A stretch of DNA of 64,000 nucleotides from the human T2T-CHM13v2.0 reference genome, Homo sapiens, in the NCBI RefSeq assembly GCF_009914755.1, contig NC_060943.1; one strand, written 5' to 3'. Every line of letters begins with the position of its first letter. Positions within the stretch are counted from its first letter, which is position 1. The notes under the pieces were generated by a model. That model saw nothing but the letters and a program-made list of their open reading frames with translations, ran no database searches and was not told where the DNA came from. Shown here piece after piece: positions 39,431 through 56,050 of this stretch. Both the position numbers and the translations under genes were made by a program.

Positions 39431-42160
39431 GAGCTCTGTGTACAGTGACCTAGCCATCGTGGTCACTGTTCAGAGGCCTGGAGGGAGGCTGGAGAATGGG
39501 GATCCCTCCTCAGGCAGCAGGAGAGGAGGTCGTGGGCATCCTGTGCCAGGCTTTGAGAAACAGCCTCTTGACTATTCCTTTAAAACCAAACAGAATCTGC
39601 ATAGGTCCACGGCCCGGACACCCACTCCCGCACCCTCCAGGCAGCCAAGTTCTCTACAGAAGTCCTTCCTGGGCCCACACACTCCCAGCATCTCCAGGAT
39701 GTTCACCAGCAAAAACGCGGAGGTGTGTCCTCTGCACCAGCTACCGGGACACGTGCGCACAGACAGGCTTCTGGCTGGACAGAGGGGGCCTGTGCCCACC
39801 ATCCCTTCACAGCTGCCCCTCGCCCTCACGGAGCTGACCCAGGGTCCCCGCCTTCCCGGGGTGCGCCCAGGACTGGGGCACATAAGAGGGAGAGAGCCAC
39901 AGAGAGTGAGAAGTACCTCATGATGTTTGGGGCCAAGCAGTTGTGCTGTGTATAGTCGTCTCAGCACTAAGTTGCTTATAATTCACATTTATTTTAAGTA
40001 ATTGCTGCGATATTTTCTGGGTACACATGACCATAATTGTGTCATTAACGTGATACACCACTTACTAAGGGAAAATCCTTTTCAGAGTAAGGGCCATACA
40101 GTCCTGCAGGGGATGCCCTGAGACACCTCAGGCCGAGCAGAGCGTGCCTTATGGTCCCCAAAGTGGGAGCAGCTACTATGGAGGACTTGGAGCCAAAACC
40201 GGATGTTTCTACCAGTGGAGCCCTGGCATAGCTCCTTTTGCATGGAACCAGAAGCACGTACTACATTCTTCTTGAATTCCCATGGAAGGAGGGGAGCTGC
40301 TCCACGCCCTTCTTCTGGGGTGAGCAGTGGGTCATCAGAAGGCACAGGCGAAGGCGCCCAAGCCCTACCCTTGGAATCGCCGCCTGGGTGGCACCAGCGA
40401 CCTATCCAGGACCCCAACTCCCAGGCAGGTCCTGGCTCTTTTAGCACTGTTCCCCGTAGGTCTTCCAAAGAGCAGGTACTGGGACTTGGCAGTGAACTGG
40501 GGGACTGCTGCGTGCCTCCCCTTCCCCAGGCCCCAGCATGACGACAAACACAGACAAAGCTAGGAATGAGCACCCGCTGAGGCTCCGAGTGCCTGAAATG
40601 AGCAAGAGGCATTCACGTGATGTGTCACCAAGAAGAGACTGACCTGAAGCCTCGGACTAAAGCCAGAAATGCATGATTAATAAAACTGGTGCTAGCGGAG
40701 AGCTGGTCAGCATCACCGTGTAGCCGGCACCAACATGGCAGCGTCAGACACAGGCCGTCTGCAGCAGATGCGGTGCTCGGCTTCAGCAGCTTGCTCTGCT
40801 GCCCGGAGCTCCTCACTCCCTCTTCCTGCCGCTCCTACACCAGTCCTGGCCCACAGACAGAGACTGTTTGACCTGGGGCAACACCTTCCCACCAGGGCTT
40901 CCAGAAGGCCAGCCAGCATGGTCACAGGGTATATGGGGCCAGGCTTCTTGGGCTTGCATGGACCATCTCCATGTGGGCAAGCAGATGAAGTCACACTCCT
41001 GGAGCCCCACTGCTGCCCAGATCACTCTCCCTGACTACTCAGCTCCTGCCAGGGAGCCCCACAAGGCACTGCACTGTGGGGATGGGTGGGCAGACTGATT
41101 CAATCCAGGCCCTGCTGCCCACTCAGTCTGAGGCTTGAGGCAGGTTGTGTAGCTGCTCCAGTAAGAAAAACTGAACAGTCAACTGCAGCATTTAGCATGA
41201 TAACAACCCTTTGGGGGCTGAGGGATCTTCCCACTGCACAGAGGATGCTGCAGTCAGAACAATGACGGGCTGGGGTCAGGAAACCCACTGAATCCGTGTT
41301 CGGGCTCGGAGTCCACGCAGGGTCTCCGACTGCAAAGCTTATGGTTTTGACCCGGATGCCTCTGAAACCTCAGGTCTGTCAGTAGGTGGGGGCTGGAACA
41401 GTGCTGACCTCGGGGCTTGCTGTGAAGGCTGAAGAAGATGCAGGGAAAAGCTTCAACTCCATAAACACTGGCAGTGGGTGATGCCATGGCTAACGCCTTC
41501 CGGAGCCCTGACCTTGCACCCATGCACAAGGCCAGAACTGAGCAGAAAAGGGTCTGCAAGGACAACTGGCCCACCAAGTCCTGGGCGAAGGAGCCCCAGG
41601 CCAGCCGGTGGAAAGCAGGAGCTGGGGTCTGAGAGAGGCCTGGGATGCTGAGGCCCCGCCCAGAAGGGGGGATCCGCCAATCACAGGCAAGGGCAGCGGC
41701 CAAGACAGCAGCGGTCACAGCAGGAGGAAGAGACACAACAGACAGGAGCAGCTCACTCTCTCTCTGAGAGCTGCCTTATCAAGGCACAAGATAATTAGCA
41801 TTTTAATTGGATAATTGGGAATTCTAAATTGCCTATCTTGTATTAAGCATAACTGAGGACATAACATGACATTCAATTAACAAATCTTCCCCTTTATTTT
41901 CAACGTGCTTGATTAGGTTGAGTTTCGGAGTTCCTCGGATCAGTTACGGATAAAACATTCTATCTCCTTCTCCGTCCCCAAAGCCCTGGCTCATCAGACT
42001 GTAATATACTTATGTTTTATATGTACATGGAGAAGTCTTAGAAATTCTCTGCACAAAGAAAAAAAGTCACTGATCGTGTTAACACCCAGAGGTCTTCTCT
42101 ATCCAATATTTTGTTGAACATTCTTCCAGGCATTTTTTTTAAAGGTATAAACACAGATTA

Positions 42161-43030
<870 letters not shown>

Positions 43031-43264
43031 GGGGTCAGCTTTAGTAGACAAAGCCCAACAGGTTTTCTGAGTAGTCACATCTTTGTGGTCACTGTCCTGA
43101 AACTTCCTCCTCTCCATACCTGTGAATGGGGCCCAAACTGGGCTGAAACAAGTCTGCAAGGACAAACAGCCTAGCCCGGTCCAGCGCAGGGGCTGGGCTG
43201 ACCCACTGAAGGTTCTTGTTAAAGCAAAGAACATTTTCCTTATCAACAGATACATGTATGTACT

Positions 43265-45050
<1,786 letters not shown>

Positions 45051-45069
45051 TGGCTGTATGAGCAGCACC

Positions 45070-45850
45070 ACAGCCTCTAATTTACTTAACCAACTTCCTG
45101 CTGTTAGAGATGGAGGCTTCTTCTGCCTCTCTGTATGATGGCCACGCATGGCCTTGTGCCTCTTCACTGTCCTCGGGCTAAATTCCTAGAAGGGAGATTA
45201 TTGACCAAATGCACATTTCCAATTCTCAGGGCATGTTCTGCAAAAAGGACCCCTGAACACTCATAAGGATTTTGGGGTCCTGAGCAGCACACTGCAAGGC
45301 TCGTCTGCCCACAGGAATGGGAACCTGGTGGGTAAAACACAAAAGTATTTCACTGTTTCACTGATGAACTGACAAATTTTAATATGCTTATATGTCTACT
45401 TCCTCACATTTCTTCCTTTCTGAATGGCTTGTTCCTTTTTTAAAAACTGCGAATGTTCATCATTTTCTTATTGATCCTTAAGGGATTTATACAGGAAGAA
45501 CACAGGCAGTGGATCTGACTATCATTTATGTAACAAGTTTCCCCTTTGCTCCTTAATTTTCTTTATGGCATTTCTGGACAGATAATTTACATTTTTATTG
45601 GCTAGATCTGTTACATTTTTTTCTTTATGGCTTCTTCCTTTAAGAAGTCGTTCCCTACCCCTATGATTATATAAACTCTATCATCTTTTGTGGGCTTCCT
45701 GTTTGCACATTTACTTAATCAATGAACCTAGAATTTATTGTGATGTAGGTCATGAGGCAGAATGCCATTTGATTATTTTCTTTGCTTTCACTAACTGCCC
45801 CTTGTGCGCTGGCTTGGAGCACCATCTTGTTGAAAGATAAATCCTTTACA
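45070..45850. mobile_element. Old L1 (L1ME-like) fragments
   Basis: T-rich sequence with aattcctagaagggagatt and gaatttattgtgatgtagg motifs resembling antisense L1M. Confidence 0.45.
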
Positions 45851-46348
45851 TAATAAGGGTGGTTGGGGGCTGCGCCTGTCACCTGCTCCTGTGCTGGGAC
45901 TTCCCACTGCCCTCACTGGGGCTTTCAGGGCAAGTCCACCCCCTCCCCAAGCAGCTGGCCCTGTAGTGACCCCCTCCAGTAAGTACCTTCTCTACTGATT
46001 CCCAGGAAGAAGGACAGGACACCAGAGGCAGAACTTGACTGGTGCCTGGGAGGCTGACAACACAGAACCGAAAGAAATTCAAAGCTCGCAGTACCCGCCT
46101 TGAGGGAAATTCGCAATCTGTGACTCTAGACCTGTGTTTGGCACCTTGAGCCAGCGAGGGAGCTCCGGCTTTGGAAGGCCTGGGAAGAGCTGTGTAAACA
46201 CAAGCACCATTGGCCAACTGTTCTCTGACTTATTCTGGGATCCACACCTGTTCGCGTCTGACCCAATCTCACTAATCCATGCTGACTGTAGAGATGACAC
46301 CTTTCTTGGCCCTAGAACAAAAACTCCCCCTTTTAAAAAGGACCAGAA

Positions 46349-46803
46349 GGCCAGTGTGGTGGTGCATGTGTGATGGTGTACTCAGGAGGATGAGGCGGGA
46401 GGATCGCTGGAGTCCAGGAGTTTAAGCCCAGCCTGGACAATCTAGTGAGACCCGGTATTCGTCCATTTTCAAGCTGCTGATGAAGACATACCCGAGACTG
46501 AGTAATTATAAAGGAAAAGAGGTTTAATGGACTCACAGTTCCATGTGGCTTGGGAGGCCTCACAATCATGGTGGAAGACAAGAAGGAGCAAGTCACATCT
46601 TACATGGTGGCAGGGAAGAGAGAAAATGCGAACCAGTGGAAGGGGTTTCCCCTTATAAAACCATCAGATCTCATAAGACTTATTTACTACCATGAGAACA
46701 GTATGGGGGAAAGCACCCCCATGATTCAATATCCACACAGCCAAACCATATCAGACCCCAGCTCTTTAAAAAAACAAAAAAACAAACAACAACAACAATA
46801 AAA
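46349..46803 (+). mobile_element. Alu monomer (FLAM-like) interrupted by an LTR
   Basis: Alu sequence to ...gtgagaccc (46453) resumes as gaccccagctctttaaaaaaac (46754 on). Confidence 0.8.
46454..46753 (-). mobile_element. THE1/MST-family MaLR solo LTR, apparently internally deleted, 5 bp TSD GACCC
   Basis: gtattcgtccattttc...aagacatacccgagactg...aaaccatcagatctc...ccaaaccatatca; gaccc at 46449-46453 and 46754-46758. Confidence 0.88.
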
Positions 46804-46818
46804 ACCAGGTTACCCTCA

Positions 46819-47112
<294 letters not shown>

Positions 47113-47671
47113 GGCTTGCCAGAGTGGCAGATGATCCTAGTTCAACACAACCCAGAGGCCACATTGTCCCTCTAAGGAACGCTGGCACCCTGTCTCCATC
47201 CTCCCCAGGAAGGTGTGGGGGAAGCAAGCCAGGTATGCAGGGAGCTTTCTGGAGGGGCGAGCAGGGGCAAGGGGAGGGAAGGGGCTGCTTTTAAGTTCAC
47301 ATTTCCCAAAGCACAATACGAGTCCACGGGATGACATTATGTAGTACCCCACTAGCATATTTCCTTCATGCACTAGGTATTTATCTTGAAGCGCTAATGT
47401 CTGTTAATGGCAAATTAGATTGGGTTTCATTCATGACGAGGATAAAAAGCATCTTAAAACATATATTTAAAGGAAAAAAAATGAGTCAATTGAAAGAAAA
47501 CGATTAAGCAGATAATAGTAGAGGTGAGACAAGAACTTGACCAAAACTGCCAGGGTGTCTCATGGAATGACTAACTCTGGGAGATCCCGCCTTAAGGCTT
47601 CTTTGAGGAAAAGCCTGGTTTTTCGTTCTTGGGCAAGGCCTTTGGTTCAGAAGCTCCCCAAGTCCCCAGAT

Positions 47672-47905
47672 GGCAGCCTCAAACTCCTGGGCTCAAGCAA
47701 TCCTCCTGCCTCAGCCTCCTGAGTAGCTAGGACTACTGGCGTGCACAACCACACCTGGCTAATTTATTTTATTTTATTTTATATTTGTAGAGACAGCATC
47801 TTGCTATGTTGCCCAGGCTGCTCTCGAACTCCTGGCCTCAAGTGATCCTCCCACCTCGGCCTCCCAAAATGCTGGGATTACAGGTGTGAGCCACTGTGCC
47901 AGGCC
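47672..47905 (-). mobile_element. Partial Alu (AluJ-like)
   Basis: cagcctcaaactcctgggctcaagc...gtgagccactgtgccaggcc. Confidence 0.9.
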
Positions 47906-50744
47906 CAGGTTCAATATTTAGGGAACACATGTTTGGCAGAGGATCTCAGGTCTCATGTCACTGCACTCCAGCCTGGGCAACAGTGGGAGTCACCCAGATC
48001 CCACCTTGTAGAGTGAGGACAGAATCCCCAAGTCACCCCTTCTAGAAAAAGCAAGTGCTTTGCTTTGGATTCCCTCTAGGGCATTTTTCTGTTTTGTCTT
48101 GAAAGAGTCCAGCACTACTTTATTTCTAAACATCAAATTGCTTTTTCAGCCTTACAATCTGAAAATACTTCACAAATGTGTCGTTTCAGATCTAACTTTC
48201 TCTGGAAAGTGCTGTTTCCTATCAATGTCTTTCTAAAGCACTGTCGCACCTGGGCCCAGCTCTGGGCAGCCCCTGCAACTCACTCAGTTCATCCTGAGGG
48301 TCTAGTACCCAGTTCCCTCCCTATCGTCCTCTGCTGAGGGCTCTGGAGAAGAGAGGAGAAGCAGTCTGTCCACATGGACTCACAGCCACTCTCGGTACTG
48401 TGAGCACAGGACACTGGATACAGGGACCTGGTCACCCGGGAGGCAGCGCCAAGCCAGTGGTCACTGCGCAGCAGGTGGCCTTGGCTACCCCATTAGGCTG
48501 GAGGGAACCAGGAGGAGCTGGGTCACTGAGGAAACAGGAGGAGCTGGGTCACTGCAGCCCCAGATCCCCAGCACCTGCAGGAAGCGAGGACCACAGATGC
48601 CTGTGAAAGACGTCTCCTCTCTGAGAAGGTTCTTCCAAGCATCCAGGAACCACAAGGCCCAGGACGCAGCGAAATGTGCCATGGAGGGAGGCCCAGACAC
48701 CATCTGTCAGGGCCAGCCTGGACAGGCCCTAGGTGGGCAGGGCCCCTCCACCGCGTGCGGCTGTGTTTTATGGCAGCGAACCGGCTGTTAGGCGTGAACT
48801 GCCGACAACCCCTCTTCTAATGAGCCTTTCCATCCTCACTCACGACTCCAAACGTTATTTTAGTCACACTTGGCTGAAGGAACAACAGGAACGCTATTTA
48901 TCACTTTGAAAGTCTTTATCTACTTAAGATGATGAATGGGGGTGGCAGTCACGCCGCCCCTACAGAGAGCAGCCTTGAGAAGAGGAGTGCCTTGGCCAGG
49001 GATGCACTCCAAGCATGGAGCTGGGGAGGCGGAGGCTGTCGTGGCTCATGGCATCTCTAGCATGTTCTGCACCTGTGCCCCATCGGGGACCTCTCAGTGC
49101 GGATGCCACCATCCAGGTCCTCAGCACCCTCTCGTGCCACAGAGCACAGAGGTAGGAGATGGGGGAAGTGGGACAGCCCCAGGAGCCCCCCATCGGTCCC
49201 CACCTGCAGCAGGATGTCCACTTTGGCTCCACAGAGGATGGGAGGGGCGATTTAAGAACCAACTCACATGTCCTAAACCTTTGCTGCTGACATCCCAGAG
49301 ACACAGGGCAAGTTCCAAAAAATCCTCCAATCGGAGGATGCCAGGAATAACTCTTGCAAATTCAACTTTGGGGTAGCTTAAACCTATTTATCAATAGCTA
49401 ATTAATAAAGTCTAAGTCTTTGGATGACAGGATGATTAAACTGGTTTTGAAATAATCCATTTTTAATTAAAATGCTACCCTCTTTTGGCTTCTGGATATA
49501 TTCAAAAGGAAGCCTTAACAGATCTTGTTTTTAAATATACATTATACGAAGCCAATAATTAGAAGAATTTGTGCTTTTAATTATATCTTAATTATTCTTT
49601 GCCTATCGATGCAAAGTTAAATATCCTTTCTTTATGACACCAACACTACTCCCCAAAGCCAGTAGATTGCTAGCAGGAATTGTGTGTGTGAAGCCTGCTC
49701 CCGGAGATCCGTGCAGCAGTGACGGTGCCTGTAGGCAACCCATACCCCCGTCCTGGCAGGCGGCAATCTGATCATGGCAAAGCACTGGCTCTGGGCAGCA
49801 CTCTCCTGGCCCCCACCTTGTAAGAGACACGCTTGAAGACAGAAGTGGTCGTTATGTGATGAGGGTCTGGGCCCCCCTCCTGCATAGCCAGGAGCCAGGA
49901 AGTTCCTTGACTTTACTCGCCAGCCTGCACACACTCTGAAGCATCTCGCCAGCGCCACCCACTGAAATTTAGAAAATTCGCACAGTGCCAAGGAGGGCTT
50001 GGAGGATGCAGAAGAGGGAGTCACGCCCGTGGATGCCGGGTTTCCTGATGTGCTTTGCTGGGTCCCCGCAGGGAGCCCAGGCATCACACACCTGTCCAGC
50101 ATACCCCGAGCTCCCTCTTCCAGGACCCACAGCAACACCTATCCCAAGCCCACCCACTTCTAGCACCTTCTATCGGACACCTTCCACACTGACCCTCAAC
50201 CACCTGCCAGTCTTTAACAGGTCCCCTCCTGGCCCACCTTCCCACCAGGAGGTCATGGCTAGAGGGGTCTCAGTGGACTCCTGGCAGCTGCTGCCCTTCA
50301 GGAGCTGGGAGGATGTCCACGCTCCACCTCCTGCTCACCGCCAGTTACCATCCAAAACCACCGTGCGCCAGGCTGACGCCCCTCTCCAGAAATCTCCCTG
50401 GGTTCCCCAAGGGGCTTCTCCCACCTCTCACCACCAAAAGCCCTCTGTAGGCAAGTCCCTCCCCACACTTCTACACTGCAGAACTTTCAGCCTGGCACCC
50501 TCCCGTTCCCTCCCAGTCTTGAAGGGCACTCCTAGAGGCAGGCCCATGTCACCCATACCCAAGGCTGGCCACAGTGATGAGCACACAGTAGGTCCTCAGT
50601 AAACATGTGAAGAAAGGGTAACGGATGGCAGGAACAGCAGGCCTGAACATGCCCAACAATCCAAAGAACATTCACACATACATGCACATATGCATATACG
50701 CACACATCCACAGGCAGCCGAAACCCTGTCTGCCCAGGCAGCCC

Positions 50745-51106
50745 CGAGTGGAGATCTAGCCCTGTGTTCACTCTGCTTCCTCTTTCTGGGCACATATCTT
50801 AGCCTCCCTGCAGCTAGGCTGGGACCATAGGACTGACTCTCATCCCAAGAGGAATATGAAATGACATGTGCTGCTTCCAGGCCATGGCTTTTAAGAGTGG
50901 GTGTGAATTCTTCATGTTCTCTCTCTTCCTTCTCAGAGGGGGCAGAGTTGGGCAGTGGAAGCAGCCCTGCATCCCTGCTGGAGGAGAGCCACTGGGCCAG
51001 CCACAGATGGCAGCATGAGCAAGAAATGAGCCTTTACCGTGCTAAGCCACCGAGATCTGGGTTTCTGTTGTTACCACCCCAAAGGCTACCCTATACTGAC
51101 TAATAC
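50745..51106. mobile_element. MLT1-type MaLR LTR relic
   Basis: atgacatgtgctgcttccaggcc...gctaagccaccgagatctgggtttctgttgttacc...ctgactaataca end typical of MLT1. Confidence 0.65.
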
Positions 51107-51229
51107 ACCTGGGAATTTAGAATACAGCAAAAATGGAATTTTACAATGGGGGGCAAAGACATTACTCCAAAGACAACAGGTCACTTAGTAATTACGCGGG
51201 GGCAGAAAAGCCAGAATCCTTGTTTATAT

Positions 51230-52260
51230 ATTATTCTTAAATGCAGTTTAGCTCAATTAACGTATTAAATATAAAAGACGAAACCATGTGGATACACAGA
51301 TATCTATTAAACTATACACAGCAGTGTTTGAAATATTTCATAATTATGCAAAAACTGTTATTTAAAAGAAAGTCATCAGACTATAAAGATAGAAAAAACA
51401 TGCTGATAACTGGATTATATTGAGGTAGTAGAAAAAGCAATTTCGCAAAGGCATAAACTATACAGGAAAGGACCAACATGACAACTGATATTTACAATTT
51501 CTGTACATCAAATTGGGAAAAATATTTCCAACACACAGAACAATAGTACAAAGAGCCCAATTACAGAGCAATAAGTCACCCACAAATGTCCCGATTGCAA
51601 CTGGGCAAAGGACTGAAAACCCACAAAGATAAATGCCCAAGAAATACTTACAAGAGAAGTTTAAGCTCGTCAGTAATCAAATCAGCAAAAATAAAGACGG
51701 GGTATTACTTTTCCCTAATCAGAATGATAAAGGTGAATAATGGAAATAACACAATTAATCTTGAGGCCTGGGTGGGCACACCGGCACTCATGGTTTGGGA
51801 GGAGGGGTGTCCTGCACGCTGGCTGAGAACATGGCTTCTGGAGAGAGGCCACCTGGCTCCTCTAAGACCCATCTGTCTACTGTGGGGTCTCTATAATGCA
51901 GAGAGGATGCCACACTCCTCTCCGCTCCCCCTCACGGGATTAAATGAGAACATCCCCGGGAAGGACATGGTATCTGCTCACCAGACACTAACCCAGCCCC
52001 AGCCGTGAAGGGAGAACAACTTTTCTAGATGGCACTGGGCTTTGGGCATCAACATTTTTCCAGCAATTCCATTTGCAGGAGTTTACCCCAAGGACACGGT
52101 CAGTTTGACACCCGAGAGACGGCGAGGTAGGGTTGACGGTCGCAGTGTCGTTCACACTGGGAACCACCTGGCTTCCGGGGGCAGTCTGGGTAAGTGGATT
52201 ATGATGCAGCCCCAGTGTGCCCCAGTTCACTGCCAGGAAGAGACTTCCGCTGCAAAAACT
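51230..52260. mobile_element. Old L1 fragments
   Basis: A-rich; ccagcaattccatttgcaggagtttaccc resembles the L1 ORF2 3' region. Confidence 0.45.
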
Positions 52261-52765
52261 CTGCCCAGTGTGAGCCCAGCAGATCAAAGCCCGTCTGTCT
52301 GTGCCCCAGAGAGACCGGAAGCCTGTTTGCTACAGCAATAAGGTTTTGTGTGCCTCTGCATCAAAGGGTTTTTTTCCTATCTTGTTTATAATGTTCTGTA
52401 CTGACTGGATTTCCTACTGGCATATGTATCTTTTTATCAGAGTAAAGCTATTTTCATTTTGAAAACACTTTTGGGAAGAAATAAAAGCTACCTGTCAAAG
52501 ACCTGCTCCCCTCGCCCCAGCCTCGCCCCACTGGCCCCAGGGGGCTTCTTGTCCTGATGTGTTCTGCCCAGTGGACACAGCGCACACTCCCCAAGCACAG
52601 CTGCCACCGAGGACGACACTGGGAAGCTGCCACCAGAGGTCGCAAGTGCACGCCGTCTGCCACGCACACAGAGCTCCTTGAAAAACCTTCAGCCTGGCTG
52701 AAGGAACCACAGTGTATCTCTGTTTTGATACCATTGTTGTGGACAAAGTAAAAAATAAGCAATCC

Positions 52766-52890
52766 AGCCAGGTGCTGTGGCTCAGCACTTTGGGAGGCTG
52801 AGGCAGGAGGACTGCTTGAGCCCAGGAGGTCGAGGCAGTGAGCTATGATCGCACCACTGCACCCCAGCCTGGGCAACAGAGCAAGATCCT
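52766..52890 (+). mobile_element. Deleted or monomeric Alu
   Basis: gccaggtgctgtggctcagcactttgggaggctgaggcagg...gcctgggcaacagagcaagatcct. Confidence 0.85.
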
Positions 52891-52892
52891 AT

Positions 52893-53068
52893 GAAGGAAG
52901 GGAGGAAGGGAGAGAGGAACAGAGAAAGGGAGAGAGGAAGGAAGGAAAGAAGGAAGGAAGGAAGGAAGGGAGGGAGGGAGGGAGGGAGAGAGGGAGGGAG
53001 GGAAGGAGGGCAATTCAAGCCCAATTCCTTCCCGAAGGAAGGAAGAGAGGGACGAAAAGAAAGAAAAG
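52893..53068 (+). repeat. (GGAA)/(GGGA) polypurine tract at the Alu tail position
   Basis: Directly visible. Confidence 0.9.
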
Positions 53069-53496
53069 CAATTCAAGCCCAATTCCTCCCTGACTCTATC
53101 AGGAAACTCTACCATGGGTTGAAATCACCCAAAATCTGAATGTCCAGGTCCCCGCCGGAGGCCAGGGCTGGGGGCCCATCTTCATCATCCCAAAACTCAT
53201 GTGGGAAATTTCCCCAAGAGGAGACAGAAAACAAAGCAAAGATTTCCTCTCTTCATTCCGCCCAAGACAAAGCATCTGAAATTCCACTCTCGATGTTTCC
53301 TTCATTATCTCCCACTTTCTACCTCTCCTTTTTGCCACAGGGGGAAAAATTCTTCCTGGGAAGGACATCCTCGGAGACACTCCCCTCCCAATTAACACCC
53401 ATCTGGCAGCACCTCTGCCTGAAGATGGGTAGCAAATGCTAGTGGAGGGACCACTCTTTCCTGCTTCCTGGCCTCATGATCAAAATGGGAAGATTA

Positions 53497-53840
<344 letters not shown>

Positions 53841-55739
53841 CTAAGAGTCATAGGCTGAAGCTAAGAAGTCTTCCCAGGTAAGGGCCACTCTGGGAAGAAA
53901 GTGCAGCCCTATCCCTTCCTCCACCCAGAGCTCCTGAGCTGCTCCACTGCACCGGCAGGTTTGGAAGCAAGCTCTGTCGGCAAGGCTCTCTGGTATGCAG
54001 CCTGGAGAATCCAAGCCCCTAGAAGGCCTGCCAAGTCCTGCTTCAGGAGCCCACTTAGCCTTCTTCTCTGGAATCAGATTCTTTGGCAAAACCTCTGTCT
54101 GCACACGGAGGTATCCCTTTTGCACAGGGAGCTAGAGAAGTCAGAGACTGGTTGGAAAACAGCCTTGCTTGTCTCCTCTGGCTAAACACTCCCCACACGG
54201 GGCACCCCACCCTGGGGACCACCCACCCAAGCAAAAGGAGCCCACCCCACCCCAGGGGAACACCGACAGCTCAGGTTTCCACTGCAGACAGGATGGGGCA
54301 GAACCCGCAGCTCTGAAGAGCCGATTGAAAAAGCAAATTTCCCTCTGGTGCTCTCACTGGAAAAAAACATGATAGCTCTCTCCCCTGGGAGCAGGAGGAA
54401 GCCTCTTTGTCCAGGAGGACTGTGCTGTTCCTTGGAAACGAGCCTGCTGCCATGAACAGATCCAGCAGGTATGGGCAAATCACCTAGAATGCATAAAACA
54501 TTACGTTCGCCAAATCCCCCTGGACAGAAATCTCGGATTCAGCAAACAGCTCAGATCTGAATGGATTTCCACTCACAGCTTTGAAATCCCCCAATTAAAG
54601 GCACAAGCGCATGGCAAAGTTGGAAGCTTTGGCGCTTCCGGGCTCCCAGTACCCACAGCCTGGATGGAGATGGTGGCAGTGACATGGCCTGGGTCACATG
54701 CACACGCCTTCCAGAGGCACCTCGGCCTCCTCGGCTATAGCAGCTAGCGGGTGTGGCTGGCCTGGAGCGACAGGCTCCCTCACTGCCATGCTGCCTGCAG
54801 CTGGGTTCCCTTGAGTGAAAACACTTTAAGGGAATTGTTTCTATCCCTCCATTCCTGAACAAGCCAGTGGTCCCCAGGGCCCCAGGAGCTACACACCCAT
54901 TTGCATGTTGTCCCTAATCAACTGCAATCCATGTCAATCAGGGCCTTACTGGTCTCGGGCACAGAACATGCTGGGTGATGCCTCAAAGTGCCAGCCTCCC
55001 CAGCAACTTCACTAAGGAAGAGGTTTCTTTATAAAATGTCTGCAGTCTGATGGCTGGCTCTCCTCTCTTTCAGTGTGAGCTGCTGTTTTCTCCTTAAACT
55101 GCAGAGCCAGAGCTCTCTTCTCCCTGCCAAGGGGGCACGCCCACTCCACAAACACACAAGGTACACCAAAGCCCTTGAGACACTCTTGGAATAATGATGC
55201 CCACTCTGTACCTCCAGGGGACTTAACTAATTTATAAGGCAATTTTAATAATAACCATATATTAATTTTACATCCCCTTTTTTACCTATTTCAGTGGCTA
55301 TGAACTGTTAGGAATTAGGTAATATATTACAATGGGCTCCTGGGGTCTTTTTATTAACTAATGCCCCATATTTAAAAACCTTCTTGTCAAATGAGAAACA
55401 TTAAGAAGCGCTGTCCCTTTTATAATTGCTTCTAATAGGCTCGATATTCAGGTCCTGGCCTGAACAGAGAGCCCAGGCGATACTTCCTTAAATTGCATTT
55501 AACTTTTCATTTTCTTTCTGTCATCGGCCAACCGAATAATTCTGCAAGTGCACAAATGGTCATTTTACCGTGTCGGTCTGTAGCTCTGGAGATGTCTGTA
55601 AATCTGCAAGTTAGGAGGACCACTCAGGTCAAGAGATGCACAGCGTTTCTGCCCGGAGTCTGGCCGCAGGAGCAATGCTTGGCCATTTTGGTGTGTGTGT
55701 GCAAGCCTATTTATCAAAATATATGCCAGTAAACCACAC

Positions 55740-56050
55740 CCATCTTAAATACCCAGATTGATGACATCTCACAAACGTGCCCCGTGGGTGAAGACCCAGG
55801 ACATTTCTTGTCTCCTAGAGGGTTCGCTCACCACCCCTTCTCTTCCCCTCTCCTCCTCTGTCACCAGTTTTGCTTGCTGGGAACTTTATGTCAGTGGGAT
55901 GGTACGTGCCTTTCTGAGCCTGGCTTCTTTTGCTAGACATCACTTTCAGCGCTGTTCGTGTCCCTGACTGTGGCAACAATCTGCTCGTTTTCACTGCCCG
56001 ACAGTTCTCCCTGTATGGACACCCACAGTTTACCCACCCGCCATACACAG
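55740..56050. mobile_element. Old L1 (L1ME-like) 3' fragment
   Basis: tgggaactttatgtcagtgggatggtacg...ctggcttcttttgc pattern. Confidence 0.4.

Noticed and set aside
52936-52967. GGAA microsatellite as an EWS-FLI1 type enhancer
   Set aside because: At most four consecutive GGAA units; too short to argue for function
53010-53087. Repeat-spacer-repeat resembling CRISPR (likewise 14928-15332)
   Set aside because: Only two copies or direct tandem units, low-complexity spacer, no cas genes, eukaryotic DNA
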